This document shows positions 26,479 to 40,139 of a stretch of 64,000 nt of DNA, piece by piece. The stretch's first letter is position 1; each line of letters starts with the position of its first letter. The position numbers and the translations under genes were made by a program. The notes under the pieces were generated by a model. That model made no database searches and was not told the DNA's origin. It was given only the letters and a program-made list of their open reading frames with translations. Source of the DNA: Felis catus (taxonomy: Eukaryota); assembly GCF_018350175.1 (NCBI RefSeq), contig NC_058379.1:89156001-89220000 (forward strand), read 5' to 3'.

Positions 26479-27042
26479 TTTAAAATATACAAACATAAAT
26501 ACATACGTATATAATACATTCACTTCTATAAAATGTAAATGTAAACATATAGACGTGGAGTAAATATCCTTGGGATTATAGATAATCCCTGCAATCCATA
26601 AATCTCCTCCAAATTGCAGAACACGCCCAACGATGTCACACACTTGGTGACAGACCAGCGTTCCTGTTCTCTGATGCACACTGTGGAACGGGTTACCACG
26701 CACGAGAACACATCCAAAACCGCCCTACATTCGCAATGGATCAGAAGCTCATCTTTGTCTATTTCATGGAGAACTAGGCTTGCACTAGGAACGCCCTTGT
26801 GTGTAGGACAGGGCGTCACAGGGTGCAGTCGACAGACCCAGGTCTTTAGCACCTGTTTGGATGATGGGATCCTAAGGCCCTGGTGTGGGGCAGGCAGGAA
26901 GGGTCTGGTCCAGCCCTCACACACTGGCCGCGCTGCTAAGAGCATCAGCATCAATGTGAGATACTGACATTTCCCTCTCTTGGTTTCTAATCCAGTGCTA
27001 CTGACTCACACTGCCACTAATCTCTTGGAAATCAACCTTTGT

Positions 27043-27044
<2 letters not shown>

Positions 27045-27082
<38 letters not shown>

Positions 27083-27106
27083 TGTGTGTGTGTGTTTGGG
27101 TGTGTG
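27045..27106. repeat. (TG)n microsatellite
   Basis: Read directly. Confidence 0.95.
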
Positions 27107-27948
27107 TATTTTAAGCAACTGAGTGTTAAAGACAAGGGTATATCTTCCTCGTTGTCTGTCATGTTATTGCCAGAATTTCTGATGGGATTGGACAGTGCTA
27201 ATACCACGTGGCTGTTGACATGCATTTACATTTAAGAAGGTCATACCAAATTACGGTACATTTAATTATAGAAACAGATCCTCAGAAGACTTCATCTCTT
27301 TCCAAATTTCACATTGAGACCTGTATTAAGGAAGGGTTGGTTATTCCAATTAAGTGTATATTGCAGAGGGAATAACTAAAGAGCAGAATATCAGTGCCTA
27401 TATCTCTAGACCTTCATGAATACCTATGTCTGTTTTCTATTTATCCATTTGTCTTCATAATAAAACTGCTTCTTTGGTCGTTCTCAGCGTATTGTTTTGT
27501 GTGAGAAAAACACAAACCCAGGTCTAAAAAGTTTAGAAAACAAACTTAACTTGTTAAAGTTTGTCAATGAAATGCGAAGCAAGGGTCTGCATTCATCAAA
27601 ACACAGCCTCTGAAATCAAACTCTCCAAGGTCTTACCCTGCTCTGTCACCGGCGCACCTAACTCTCTGTGCGGTAGTTTCCTGACTGTACAGCGGGGATC
27701 ATAAAGGGTCCTGCCTCGTCACTCACTGTGCTAAGTGAGCGAGGTTGAAACTGTCCTGGCATGTGGACTGTACTGGGGACAGACTACACTTTGGTCAGAA
27801 TGTGTGGAACTGTGCACATAAAGCCGTGGCTTTACTGCACATAAATGATACCTTAGTAACCCTGACTTTAAAAGCTGTTCCTGACACACTATAATAACTA
27901 TGTACATTCAGATTACTATCATCATCCTTACACAATTCAGAAGTCTTC

Positions 27949-28681
27949 TGCTATGGACTCCATTCTTGTGTCCCCCTAGGTTTACACGTTGAAACCTAAC
28001 CTCCAAGGTGATCATTTTAGGAGGTGGGGTTTGGGGGAGGTGACTAGGATTAGACAGGGTCAACTGGAGCCTCTACGAATAGGATTAGTGCCCTTGTAAG
28101 TGTCTGGAGAGTTCTTCCTAACCCCCTCCCTGCCTCCCCCTTTCTGCTCCTCCCTCTCCCTCTCTCTCACTTCCCCCTTACTGCCTCCCTCTTCCCTTCC
28201 CGCCCATCCCTTTCCCTCTCCCCCTACCTTTCCTCCCCTTCCCCCTACTCCCTTCCACTCCCCTCCCCTCCCCCTCCCAGTCCCCTCTCCCTCAGCCTCC
28301 CCCTGCCTCTGTCTCCTGCTCCCCCTCCCCTCTCTCACCACGTCTCCCTACCCCCTCTCCCTGCCCTCTCTCTTCACCTCCCCTTTCCCCCCTCCTCCTC
28401 CCTTTTCTCCCCTCTCACTTCCTCCTACCTCCTCCTCCCTCTCTCTCCCCTTCCTCCCTGCCTCCCTCCCCCTTCTTCCCACTCTGCCCTCTACCATTTG
28501 AACACATAACATAAAGACACCATCTGCAACCAGAAAAAGAGCTCTCTCCGGAACCCAACCATGATGGCACCCTGAACTCTGACTCCCAGCCTCCAGAACC
28601 ATGAGAAAATGAATGCTTGTTGTTCAAGCCTTCCAGTTCCTGGTGCACTTTGTTGTGGCAGCCCTGACTGACTTTAAGGCA
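27949..28681 (+). mobile_element. MaLR solo LTR (MLT1A-like) split by a polypyrimidine expansion
   Basis: 5' half TGCTATGGACT…GTTGAAACCTAA…GGATTAGTGCCCTTGTAAG; 3' half CATCTGCAACCAG…GGCACCCTGA-CTCTGACT-CCAGCCTCCAGAAC…GCAGCCCTGACTGACT. Confidence 0.88.
28112..28492. repeat. C/T-rich low-complexity tract (~380 bp)
   Basis: Almost purely pyrimidine on the + strand. Confidence 0.95.
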
Positions 28682-29019
28682 GTTTCCTGAAAGTTCTGTG
28701 TGCATTCCTCTTACCGAATTTGCATTGCATATCTTAGGGCCTCAACTGCTCTCTTCCTTCTCTTCTGACTCCAAGTCCTTCTTCTCTCTTTACCCTCTTC
28801 TTCCTGGGGTGTTTCTGTCCTTCATCCTTCCCCTCCTTCCTCACTCCCACTTTCTTCAACCTCTTCTACTTTTCCTCATCCCCTTCCTTTTATGCTGGAT
28901 TATTTTTCATGATTAGTTCCTTCACAAAAATCTACCCACAGAACAAGCCTGTAGACCAATATACTCTTGATCCTTATGTGATCACAATGTCAGCCATGTT
29001 TTTTTAAACATAGTTAATA

Positions 29020-29190
29020 TGCTACTCAGGCATAAAAAAGAATGAAATCTTTCCATTTGCAACAACATGGAAGGACCTAGAGAGCATGATGCTAAATGAA
29101 ATAAATCAGACAGAGAAAGAGAAATACCATGATTTCACTGATCTGGAACTTAAGAAACAAAATAGATGAATAAACAAATTAAAAAAAGAG
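29020..29190 (+). mobile_element. L1 3' fragment (carnivore L1-like)
   Basis: CATAAAAAAGAATGAAATCTTTCCATTTGCAACAACATGG…GCTAAATGAAATAAATCAGACAGAGAAAGA. Confidence 0.85.
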
Positions 29191-29572
29191 ATAAGACATG
29201 GTCTTTCTTCAGTTTCTAGGGAATAATGAGATGGTGTTTAAGGCTCCCTGTAGGGCTTTCTCCTTACTTCCTTTCTCATTACTGCACTGTTTTTTGTAAC
29301 CTTGGAGATACAATACATGTCAATAATTGCCAAATGCCAGACCTCTCTTAGAAATAATATTTCTTGAAAAATATAATTTCACATGAAACGCTTAACGAGA
29401 ATAAACACAAATGAAAAATCAAGGTTAGTAGTTGAGAAGTTGCGATTATATATTCCTTCTCAGAGAACAATTGTGATCGGGGCATATTAATGACTTGTAT
29501 TAGAAATAGCAGTAGTTAACCTATAGCATGTGGGGTGCAACTCTCACAACTCTGCATAAACCCCTTGTCCAT

Positions 29573-29872
29573 GGGGCGCCTGGGTGGTTCAGTCGGTTGA
29601 GCATCAAAATCTGGATATTGGCTCAGGTCATGATCCCAGGGTCATGGGATCAAGCCCCATATCAGGGTCCATACTGAGCATGGAGCCTCCTTGGGTTTCT
29701 TTCTCTCTCTCCCTCTTCTCCCCTCCCCTGTTATCTCTTTCTCAACTAAAAAAAACTCGGGGGTACCCGGGTGGCTCAGTCAGTTGAGCATCTGACTCTT
29801 GGTTTCAGCTCAGGTCATGATCTCAGGGTTTGTGAGTTCGAGCCCTGCACTGGGGTCTGCAGATACAGTGCA
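29573..29872 (+). mobile_element. Two head-to-tail CanSINEs; the second is cut by an assembly gap
   Basis: GGGGCGCCTGGGTGG at 29573; second head GGGGTACCCGGGTGGCTCAG at about 29760; N-run starts at 29873. Confidence 0.9.
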
Positions 29873-30001
29873 NNNNNNNNNNNNNNNNNNNNNNNNNNNN
29901 NNNNNNNNNNNNNNNNNNNNNNNNNNNNNNNNNNNNNNNNNNNNNNNNNNNNNNNNNNNNNNNNNNNNNNNNNNNNNNNNNNNNNNNNNNNNNNNNNNNN
30001 N
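29873..30001. other. Assembly gap (N run)
   Basis: 129 N. Confidence 1.
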
Positions 30002-31646
30002 AGCCCAAAAAACCCTCTTGTCCACTGTTTTACTTGCCGTCAGAAGAAATAAATACAATAGAGACCAATAAGTTAATCACAAAGCTACAATAAACAAGAA
30101 AGCATCTTATTCAATAGCGAAGTCTGTAGGAAGAAGGACAATCAAATGAGAACATAAAATTTCTCAGTAGGGAGGCACTGAAAATAACCACCACCTCATC
30201 ACAATAAATTACCAGTGCTCATTTTTCACAAAACCTCATTGGAAAAAGTGTTCCTTTGTCCACTTCTAAATGTGCAGGTGCAAATACAGAGATAGATCAA
30301 GTCCAGTTTCTACCAGGGAAGTTAGTCCCAAGAAGTGATTTTTTTTCTCTCCTTTCTTTTCAGCTATTCCTTCCCAGCTATCACTTTTCAGTCTAAAAAC
30401 ACACTCAACCTCACCCCAAAACCAAAAGTCCTCCCTTACCCCACACTTCCTTTGATCTCTTGCTTATTCATTCATCCAGCCATTCAAGAAGTGTCTACTG
30501 AGCACCTTCTCTGTTCCAGTCACTGTTTTAACACAGAAGAGTGTCTGCAACCCTGTGGGACTGACACAAGTCCCTGACACGACTGAACTCACGTTCTGTT
30601 CTCTTGTCACTCAAAAACCAATCTTCGCACCTCCCCTTTCCATTTGAAATAATCTCATTAATATCTGGCATATGACCCTTATTTATTTTTTTGTAACAGC
30701 TTTATTGAATTGTAGTTTACAAACTACGCTTCACCCAATTAAAGTGTACAACTATATTTTTAATATACTGACAGATTGTGCAATCATCAGCACAGTTCAT
30801 TTTAGAGCACACATCACTATAGCTTACAGAGAACACATTAGAGTGCAGACCCAGCCTGGACATGGGAAAACCAGTTATGAGGCCGGACCACAGGAACAAT
30901 GATGGTATGCACATGAGAGTGTCAAAGGGACTGCAGAGAAGTGTCCAAGAGTTGAGAGAATTAGGAGGTGGAATGAATAGTTTAGTATCAAATCCAATGG
31001 GCTTTCCTGGAGTGTTAACATTATTAATCTCCTCTTCCTTGTAATACCCTCCTCTCCCTGTGCTTTGGGGTTGTTCTATTCCAGTGGCTGTCTCCTGTCT
31101 CCCACAGCACTTCTCTCCATGGACTCTTCACCAGGTAGACTCTGTCTTCAACCCATTCCTTCTCTCACTTTATATCAGACACTTCCAGAAAATCTGACAC
31201 CTAATCATCCCAGATGCTAATGACTATTAAGTTTATATCTCCATATATATTGCAAGAGAAGGGTGGTTTCTTGGATAGAAACAAGAAAGGTTTATGGGCT
31301 CGGGATTTCTCTGTCTCTCCAAGGCTCTCATCTCATGACTTAGCTGCCATCCCTTTCCAACCAGTGCACAAGAGATCTGATGGGGTTGAGTACATTTTTG
31401 CCTTGCAACCCTTTGACACTCAAAAACTGTCCTCAGATTTAATCCTCAGCCATGTAGGACCCGTGATTACAGGAAATAACACATTCTACTAGTCATCAAA
31501 GAGGCTTTTTGATTCATCACCCAGGCATTGAGGCAGGAGCTCCAGGTTGTCAATTTGTCTTCATTGGTTCATTGAAACATGTAGATTTTCATGAACAATC
31601 AGGAAAGGCCAGCTATTTCAAAATCATTGTCATCACTATTGCTACC

Positions 31647-32190
31647 TGTGATGGTGTAAAATACGTCCACACTTGTTCTTCACATTGTCTTTAAAAGGTA
31701 GGATCTAATTTCCTTCTTGTTGTGTGTAGGCTGAACTCAGTGATTTCTAATGGATAGAATTAGGTAGGAGCGATGGTTTGTAGCTTCCACACCACACAAT
31801 TCCACAAAAAGGCATATGGCTCCCTCTTTGCCCTCTCTCTTGCATCACTCACTCAGGGAGGAGCCATTTACATGCCATCATTCAGACAATCGGTATGAAA
31901 AGGCCTGCATAATAAGGAATTAAGCCTTCCTACCAATAACCAGCAAGAACAAGAGGTCTCTTACCAAAACTCATCTAAGTGAGGTATCTTACATGCAGAT
32001 TCCCTAGCCTCAGCAACTCCAATAGATATCTTGATGGCTATCTCCTTATGGTTTCTGAGTTATTAGAACCACCTAGCTAAGACTGCACTGATTTCCTGAC
32101 CCACAGAAATTGTGAAATAGTTAGTGTCTCTTGTTTTAAGCCACTACATTTTTGGGATTATTTGTTATGCAGCAATGGACAACTAATACA
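31647..32190 (+). mobile_element. MaLR solo LTR (MLT1F/G-like)
   Basis: TGTGATGG start; end TTCCTGACCCACAGAAATTGTGA…TGTTTTAAGCCACTA…TTTGTTATGCAGCAATGGACAACTAATACA. Confidence 0.85.
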
Positions 32191-32399
32191 CCTCTATGGT
32201 GACCAAGTACCACAGTATATTGATCGCTGAAATGTCTCATCCTTCCTTCCATCCCATGTCAGCATCCACAGAAATTTAAGTAATCTGGATATTATTCTGT
32301 GAACTCATCACACATGTGAGCAACATAATCCCAGAATCTCATTCTGGAACCCGGTTTCCTAGGTCCTCTCTTGGCATCTAATTTTGCATCATATTTGGG

Positions 32400-32411
32400 A
32401 AAGAAAGAAAT

Positions 32412-32455
<44 letters not shown>

Positions 32456-32480
32456 AGAAAAAAGAAGAGAAAAGAAAAAA
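32400..32480 (+). repeat. (GAAA)n microsatellite
   Basis: Read directly. Confidence 0.95.
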
Positions 32481-35041
32481 TAAATGGCTAACTTGGGGAG
32501 GGGCAATTAACTAAACAAGAGATTATTTGCAGAGTTGTAAAAGGATTAAAGGAATGGAGGAGAAATAGTGAATTATTTAGGGACTACCAGCAATAGGAAA
32601 CCATTATTTCTGAAGAACCCAAAGAAAATTATAGCCATGATTCAAAACGATCTGTGGCCACAAGGAGGGAATAAGTGGGAAGAATGAATACTCTTACATC
32701 TTTCTCTTTCCACCTTCTCAAATTCTTCTCCTACTTGCCATTGGCCAAACACAACTTGGAGCCAGATGGTAAAGGGTCTCAGTGGTATAAACAAGATGAC
32801 GCCATCTCAGGCCATAGAGCAGGCAAGAAGACTGAACAATGGATCTGGAGGCACAAATGTAAAATAACAAGCACACAGTTTAGGCTACTAACCAAACTTC
32901 CATAGGCAGTGAATGCTTATAAACCGTGCTATAACAGAGATTGCCATTTTCTTATTTGATGTAAGACAGTCAATGTTCTCATTTCTCAATGATGACAACA
33001 AACTGAAAACAAAACAAAAGAAAACAAAAAAGCCACTTGACCTCCCTCATCGAGCTTTTCAGATGGAAGTTATAGCTCTAAATTTCAGATGGGGCAAAGG
33101 GATAACAGAAAGCAGGGTATTTATTGTTGCTGGTCAATTTGTGCTCTTAATTCCCCACTGAGTGCAGAGGAAAAATGGCAAGCTTTAAAACAATAAGAAA
33201 ATTAATATCCAGAAAAAGATATTCCTCAGAATTGTATTATTATTTATGAGTTCTTCCTAACAGTTAGGAACATTACCTAAGCCATCCAGATACCCAGAGT
33301 TAAACCCTTGAAATCGATCATTTCTCAATTTTATTGGAAGTGGGGGAATTACACTTCATTTCTCATAAGACATTTTTGTTCTCTTCTGTGGTACCCTGAA
33401 GATTTGCATCCTCTGTAAAAGATGGGGAAGTGTCTAAATTATGTCTTCTGCAGAACCAGCAACAGGTGTGTCCGGACCTTTGTTCTCTTTCCTCCAGCCA
33501 CCCAGAGCCCTACCCCATGTATCAACCATTATGGAATCACCCCAAGAGAGACATGAGGCTCACTCTGAACATCAAAAAGCCCTTTTGATCTGGAAAATGC
33601 TTTTGTAGCATGATGCGCAACATGTTTAATCGCCTGAAGGAAGGAGAGGAAAGCAATGACTAAGCAGAATGACTTAAAATGCTCATATTCTAGTTAAAGG
33701 AATGTTAGATTGCAATTTCTTCTTTTCCTGTGCTAAAACCAGATGGCAAGCTGAAGCGTTCAGAATATCTAAAATCTACAGAAAACCGAGGAATCATCGT
33801 ATAAATTTTGGCTGACGACAGAAGCGTTTAATAGGAGGGCTGGCCCCAGGCAAAATCAAGACGGCCAATTTTGGTTTTGGTTTCTTTACTGTTTTCAGAA
33901 TCCCATCCTTTTCAGCACTGACCCTCCAGAAATTCATACCTTTTTCACTCACACAAATATCTGGATCTCTCTGTTGCCTTTGGATCGTCACAAGATTCTC
34001 AACCTTAAACCCATTCGAAATTCCAACCTTGAGACCTGTTTCCTGTGGGGAATTGTTTTTGCTGCAGCCCCTGACACAAGAAGAAAGGCAGACAATAAAC
34101 AACGAAAAAACAATGGGATAAGAAAAGTAAAAGCTATGTAGGCAGAACATTAAGTATACAGAAGAGGAGGAAACAGGAAACACAAAATAAGTGATACATG
34201 AATAGGGTTTGAAAATTAAAAAAAAAAAATAGCCATATCTGCACTATTTTTTTTTTGAGTAACCAGTTACCTCTGAATTCATTTAATATACATGAACATT
34301 TGTTTCTCACAGCACCGCTGTGTGGTTGGTGTCAATGTATTTATTTTATAGATGAAGAAATAGAGGTTCAAAGAAGTCCCACTAAGCATCCTGCTGAAGG
34401 TGGAAAAACTCTGGTTTAGAGTTGAGGAGCCATGCTGAGGGGGGATGGGTTTTAAAGAAACACACAGAAGGAAGGGAGTGTGATGACAGAGGGGGTCCTG
34501 GAAAGAGAACTCTGTATGCTCCCTGGACCGTCAACTGAGTTATGAAGAAAGAGAAGTAAATCTGGGCTCAGAGCTCTGCTGAATTTTCAGCAAGTCTAAG
34601 TTGCCCTTGAGGACCATGACTGCTGGGATGTATGATCTTGTAAGGCATGGAGACAGGGGATGCGCTTTTCCTTGGCAATCCTGGAACCGTACCTTGGGGG
34701 TCCTCCTGGAGTTCTCATTCGAAGAAAGACATGTATCGAGCTCTCCATGTATTTCGGGCACTGGCCCAGGTACTGAACAGAAAGGTGACGCCACGATGGA
34801 GAACAAAGATGTTGCCCCAGTTTGTGCAGAATTCGACGCGTTCGTTAGACCCCCATCTCCTCCCCTCTCTGATGCACAGACCTTCAGGCTTCAACCGGCC
34901 ACAGGAGTGACCTTAATGACAAGAATCAAAGCTCAGGTGAGGACTACAGTGGCCTCACCACTTAAAGGGTATTCAAGGCAGCGGAGGCCAGCCCGTGCCC
35001 TTAGCTCAGTGGCTGATGCACTTCCCTGGTTATTGCTCAGG

Positions 35042-35500
35042 ATATTGGTTTCCTGGGACTGTTGTAATAAAGTGCCACCAAATAGGTGACCGAAAAACAA
35101 CAGAAATCTATTGTCTCACAGTTTTGGAGGTTAGAAGTCCAAATCGAGGTGTGGCAGGGCCGAGCTCTCTCTCCAAATGCTCTAGGGGAGCCTCCTTCCT
35201 TGCCTCTTCCGGTTTCTCCTGGGTCCTGGCAATTCCAGGCGTTTCTTGACTTGTGGGTGGACCACTCCAGTGTCTGACTCTGTGGTCACACAGCCTTGTC
35301 TCCGTGGGCCCCCTGTCTTCCCAGGGCCATCTTCTTACGAGAGCACCAATCATGTCTGATGAGGGGCCTGCCCCAATCCTAATCGAATATAAGGGGCCAC
35401 ACTCTTTCAATGTGGCCTCATCTTGGCTAACTATACCTACGTCATCTCTATTTCTAAATAAGATCCCAGTGTGAGTCTTGGGGTCTAGGATTTCAACATA
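35042..35500 (-). mobile_element. MaLR solo LTR (MLT1C/D-like)
   Basis: AAACAACAGAAATCTATTGTCTCACAGTTTTGGAGGTTAGAAGTCCAAATCGAGGTG…CTATTTCTAAATAAG…AGGATTTCAACATA. Confidence 0.85.
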
Positions 35501-36281
35501 CCAGCATTCACGGGTTACTTGATAAATGTGTGTTAACTGACTAAATGTGATGAGCTATTATCATCAGTATCCTTGAGAAGAGAAAGTGTTCTTTTTTTTT
35601 TTACCTTAATACTTTTCTAGTTGAAATTCAAATATCCCTATTTCATATTTGGTATAGTAATTACAACGATTAATATTGTTTTAAGACACAGAGAGATTAC
35701 TATAAATAATTAGGCACAAATAATTTGGAAGCATTTTCTTCTGCCACTTTGAATGAGTTGTACATTGTCTTTCTTGGCTTGCAAAATCTATTATTAAATG
35801 TAAATGAAATCTGTATTACAACACCAAATACGAGAAGTTAAATAGCAGGGGAAGGATGTAGAAAAAAATTCTCTGTACTAAGTATCTACATAGACTGATA
35901 CAAAAATGATGATTTGCACATTTGCCTTTATTCTTTTTATAGATATGTGTACTCTACTTCTCTTTTATATGAAGTTACAGTCAGGAAGCAAACACAAAGT
36001 AAACAAATTTGGATGAAATTTGGCTTTCAATTGCCTTCTGGAGTATTATTTCTCTTTGTTCTATCCCTTTGGTCAAATGCAATGTATAGATTATATTGGT
36101 TGGTAAAATCAATAATCCTATGTCGGGGGTATAAAGGGCAATATGTTGATGCTGAATATAGGGCTTTTTACTAACATGTTAAATCAAACATAAAAGTTTA
36201 ATGAGAGTAAGAGATAAAAGGTAACATTTTCAATCTCAGAAACTGTGTATCCCTTTCAGAATTCCAATTAAAATTAATTCA

Positions 36282-36505
36282 GGGGCACCTGGGTGGCTCA
36301 GTAGGTTAAGCATCTGACCTCAGCCTGGGTCATGATCTCGAGGTCCATGAGTTCGAGCCCCACGTCGGGCTCTGTGCTGATAGGCCTGGAGCCTGTTTCA
36401 GATTCTGTGTCTCCCTCTCCATCCCTGTGGCCCCTCCCCCACTCATACTCAATCTCTCTCTCTCTCTCTCTATCTCAAAAATAAGTAAACATTTAAAAAT
36501 TTTTA
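36282..36505 (+). mobile_element. CanSINE
   Basis: GGGGCACCTGGGTGGCTCAG…GAGTTCGAGCCC; TSD AAAATTAATT(C/T)AG. Confidence 0.95.
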
Positions 36506-38172
36506 AAAATTAATTTAGCAGTCCAATAAAGGGGAAAAGTTATAAAACTACAGCTGGGAATATATATGAGAATTTTTCAAAATAAATGATGATGCTCACA
36601 CAGCTTTGTGGCACTGAAAAGAGAATAACAAGTGAACAAGTGAACAAGTGAACAAGAGAATAACAAATGTGTACTATGTGAAGGGGCTTCTTGAACTGAC
36701 AGCATTGGTGTGCTGCACATTTTCGATCAACTCAAACTGCTCTACTCTTACACCTTCCGTTAATTAAAATAGGAAAAACGTTAAAAGTTCTAAGAGTCCA
36801 GATCGTGTTTAACATGTTATGATCCTTAGCGAAACTCTGAAACCAATACAATCAGTGTAATAAGGTAAGTGATCTAAAACTGTGGCCAAAGCAAATAAAG
36901 GTTAAAATGTCACCTCCGGGGTCAATCCTCTAAAAAACGCACAGCGGTGGAAAGACCTGGAGATTGGATTGTTTGAGAAATTGCTGATAGAAGCGTTGCT
37001 GCCAATATAATAATTGCAGGAAAGGACCGATTTTGCTTATAGGAGCTATTGCTTCATTACTGAATGGACAGTGATGTGATTATCAAATTGAATCGGTGTC
37101 AGTTACAGTGATATTTTCAAATTTACCGACTTTTTCCAACCTGGCGTGCTTTTGTCTACGGCCCCATCCGAGCCTATCTAAACAATTTTGAAAGTCATCT
37201 ACTTCATGTTCGTGTTTATAAAACGCTTTTAGTTTGGTAACATCTTCGTGAACCTAGCAGGGCTGAGGAATGGGATGTCCAGCTAATGGATTCTTTCCTT
37301 CCGAATACGACATCACCTTCTGTATCACATGGTCAGAGTCTCACTGGTAGGTCTCTCAGTTACTTACTGGTAAGATAATTAGCAGCTTCACCATAGCAAA
37401 TTTCTGATCTAGAAGCCAATTATTAACAAAATATTAAAATTTGAAGAGGCTTATCAAGTGACAAGGGTAACTTTTTTAAAAAATAAACATATAGGAAAAG
37501 CCTATGAAGCACTTATAACCTAATTCAGTACTCTGCTCTGGACAGTCTGTGTTGCAAAAAGAATACTGATTTCTCGATGTCATTTTTTTTTTCTAGTTCT
37601 TCAACTGCAGGCTTCACGTGTTGCATTAGGTGCTGACTGTATAGTCATAATCTGCTGGGAAGTATCTGAGGTTCATGGTAGAATTGTACCTAGAATCAGA
37701 CATCATCCTGTATCTGATTTAAGTGAAAATAACCCTTGCTAGGATTCATGCATTCTGGATTTGTGTGAATAAATAATATTTCTTTCCAGTGAGCCCCTTC
37801 TTATTTATCAGGTAGCAGGCTAGGCTGAAAAGGTGCCAGGGCTCCAGGACTCCAGCTGACACATCAATCTCTTTATTCACACGTGGAGAGGAAATCAAGT
37901 AGACTGCTTTCAACAGTCAATGTCAGAACTTGATCTGTTCTGCCTCCAGCTGAACTCTCAATATCAGATAAGTCATATCACTGAATGTTTATATTAGAAG
38001 AGGTTATCTGAACAAATAAATAAGTGCTAGAACTAGTAAAGATGTACATATTGTATCTGGAAGGGGAAAATGCAGGGCTCATTTTTATTTCAAACAGAGA
38101 ATATTTTGATTCCTTGGGGTTGTTTGGGATTGAAAGCTTCCTGAAGAGAACTGCGTTCTAAATTCCTATGTT

Positions 38173-38688
38173 CGTGGTGGATTAAAAATGACAACAAATT
38201 CTTTTCATCTCCTCCTGCGAAGAAGTGAGGTCTGTCTCTTCCTCTATCCCTTAGATGGGGGCTGGCCCCGTGACATGCTTTGAGGAAGAGAATGTGGCAC
38301 CGGTGACGTTGTGTGAGTTCAGGCATTGGCCTCAGCTCATGTTCTCACCCTCTTGTAACCCTGCCTGCCCCCCTGTGGCAAGTCTGGGCTGGTCTCAGTG
38401 AGGATGACGCACCAAGTGGAGAGAAAGACCTTCCAGGAGAGAGGTCCAGCAGCCCCGACCACCCCACATGTCAACGACGTTAGGCCCCCGTAACATCCTC
38501 TGAGACGAGCGTTATACCCTAACCGACTGCAAATGCATGCATGGGTCTGCTCAACGCCACAGGGAGCAGGAAACACACCCCGCTGACCCCAGACCACGTT
38601 TGTCCGCTCAGGGTCATGATTGACAAAATGATGGTGGTTTTAAGTCAGGTTTTGGAGTAGTCTGTCCCATCGATGTAGATAACTACTA
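38173..38688 (+). mobile_element. MaLR solo LTR (MLT1G/H-like)
   Basis: TGGTGGATTAAAAATG…CAAATTCTT…GTGACATGCTTTG…AGAATGTGGCA…GTGACGTTGTG; end GTTTTAAGTCA…GTTTTGGAGTAGT…TAGATAAC. Confidence 0.7.
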
Positions 38689-38789
38689 TGATATATTTCA
38701 CAATATCAGTGCGAAAGTGTTTGTAAAATGTTTCAAACATCCAGAAGACTGTTTGTGATCTTAAATGAAACTTGACCAAACCAATTATT

Positions 38790-38845
38790 ACACACACACA
38801 CACACACACACAGCACCACCAGCAGCAGCAGCAGCAACAGCAATA
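38790..38845 (+). repeat. (CA)n running into an imperfect (CAG)n
   Basis: CACACA…CAGCACCACCAGCAGCAGCAGCAGCAACAGCAA. Confidence 0.9.
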
Positions 38846-39054
38846 ACCTGGAATTTACCAGTGATTCATCCTCCTAATGAGTAAGCAGCATCCCTTAGTT
38901 CAGACTCGAAACTTAGGAACTCAGGTATCAGAACTGTATAGCTACAAGCAATAAGCTTAGAAAAAAAACCATCCAGGTTGTGGTAAAATTATCTTTAAAA
39001 TGAATCAAATATTTTCAAAGCAGATATGTTAAAGGGAATAAGCTGGTGTAATGA

Positions 39055-39260
39055 AAAGTCTCAGGCTTTGAGGTTAGTCTAGCTTCAACTCCAGCATTAC
39101 CATTTGCTGGCTCTGAGAGCTTGCTTCTTCTAGGTTTGCAACTTAATATCTCTGCCCCCTCGTCTGCAAAAATGAAGATAAATATACCTACTTCCAAGAG
39201 TTAAAATGAGATCTGACGATGCGGTCTATAGAATGTGCTGGCATTGTATCACCCCCACGG
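39055..39260 (+). mobile_element. MIR
   Basis: GGCTTTGAGGTTAG…CAACTCCAGC…TCTGCAAAAATGAAGATAAATATACCTACTTC. Confidence 0.7.
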
Positions 39261-40139
39261 CAAACAGTAGTCGCCTTTCCTGGCCCAGCTGTTCATTGGC
39301 AGTGCTGAATACGGAATCCCTCTCTGTGCACTCCATTATAAGTACACCCTTCAAAGATGAAGTAAGAAGGTGAAAAATATGTAAAATTTATAAAATGAAT
39401 ATGTAACATAACATAAAAGTATATAAAATGTGCATACGTGAAAAACAAACGTATAAACATAAAAATCCATGGCGTAATATAGATTGCACGTTTGTAGCAG
39501 TGCCACAGGAAACATAAAAATGTTATAATAATAAAACTTTTTTAGGTTAACAATAGCTCAGGAGCGTCAGCTGGGATCGCTACAGTTTGATGTTCCCAGA
39601 ACTGGCCAAGCCACCGTGGGAATTGGGCAACCTGATCTCATCTTCCCTTTGAGCAGCACAAGACGAAAGGGAGAGAGGTACAAAAGTCCCACAGAACAAG
39701 CAGAAGGTTCTAGACCACCTGATAGATCAACGCTGCTGATTTGTGTTCTTACAGTTACTTCCTGCCGCATCTCAAGGATTCCTTAGGTATCTCCTTATGA
39801 AAAATACACGAGCCCCTGTGTTGAAGATGAGCTCTTCAGAGCAAACACCAAGCCCTCAGGAAGCAGGTGCCCCTCAAGTCGGAATAATGCAAAGCTGCTT
39901 CCTTGACAGCCTGCTCTCTGTATGCCCAGACAGGGTGTCACCCAGTATGTCAAACATCTTGCACTCATTTTCAAATCTAGAAATTTTGCAGAGAAAAGCA
40001 AATGGGAAGGTCTGGCTTTGTTAGGTTGTCTTACATGGGACCAGAATTCTAGAGGCATGCCCAGCGTATGATTTCACACAAGAGCCAAAATTGTGGAGAT
40101 TTTCCAGTTTTATTTTGCGATCGGTTTCTCGGCATTGTT

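Noticed and set aside
28060-28705. Pro/Ser/Leu-rich and Gly/Glu/Arg-rich ORFs
   Set aside because: Translation artefacts of the polypyrimidine tract.
29771-30071. ORFs spanning N runs (also 54670-55160)
   Set aside because: Artefacts of assembly gaps.
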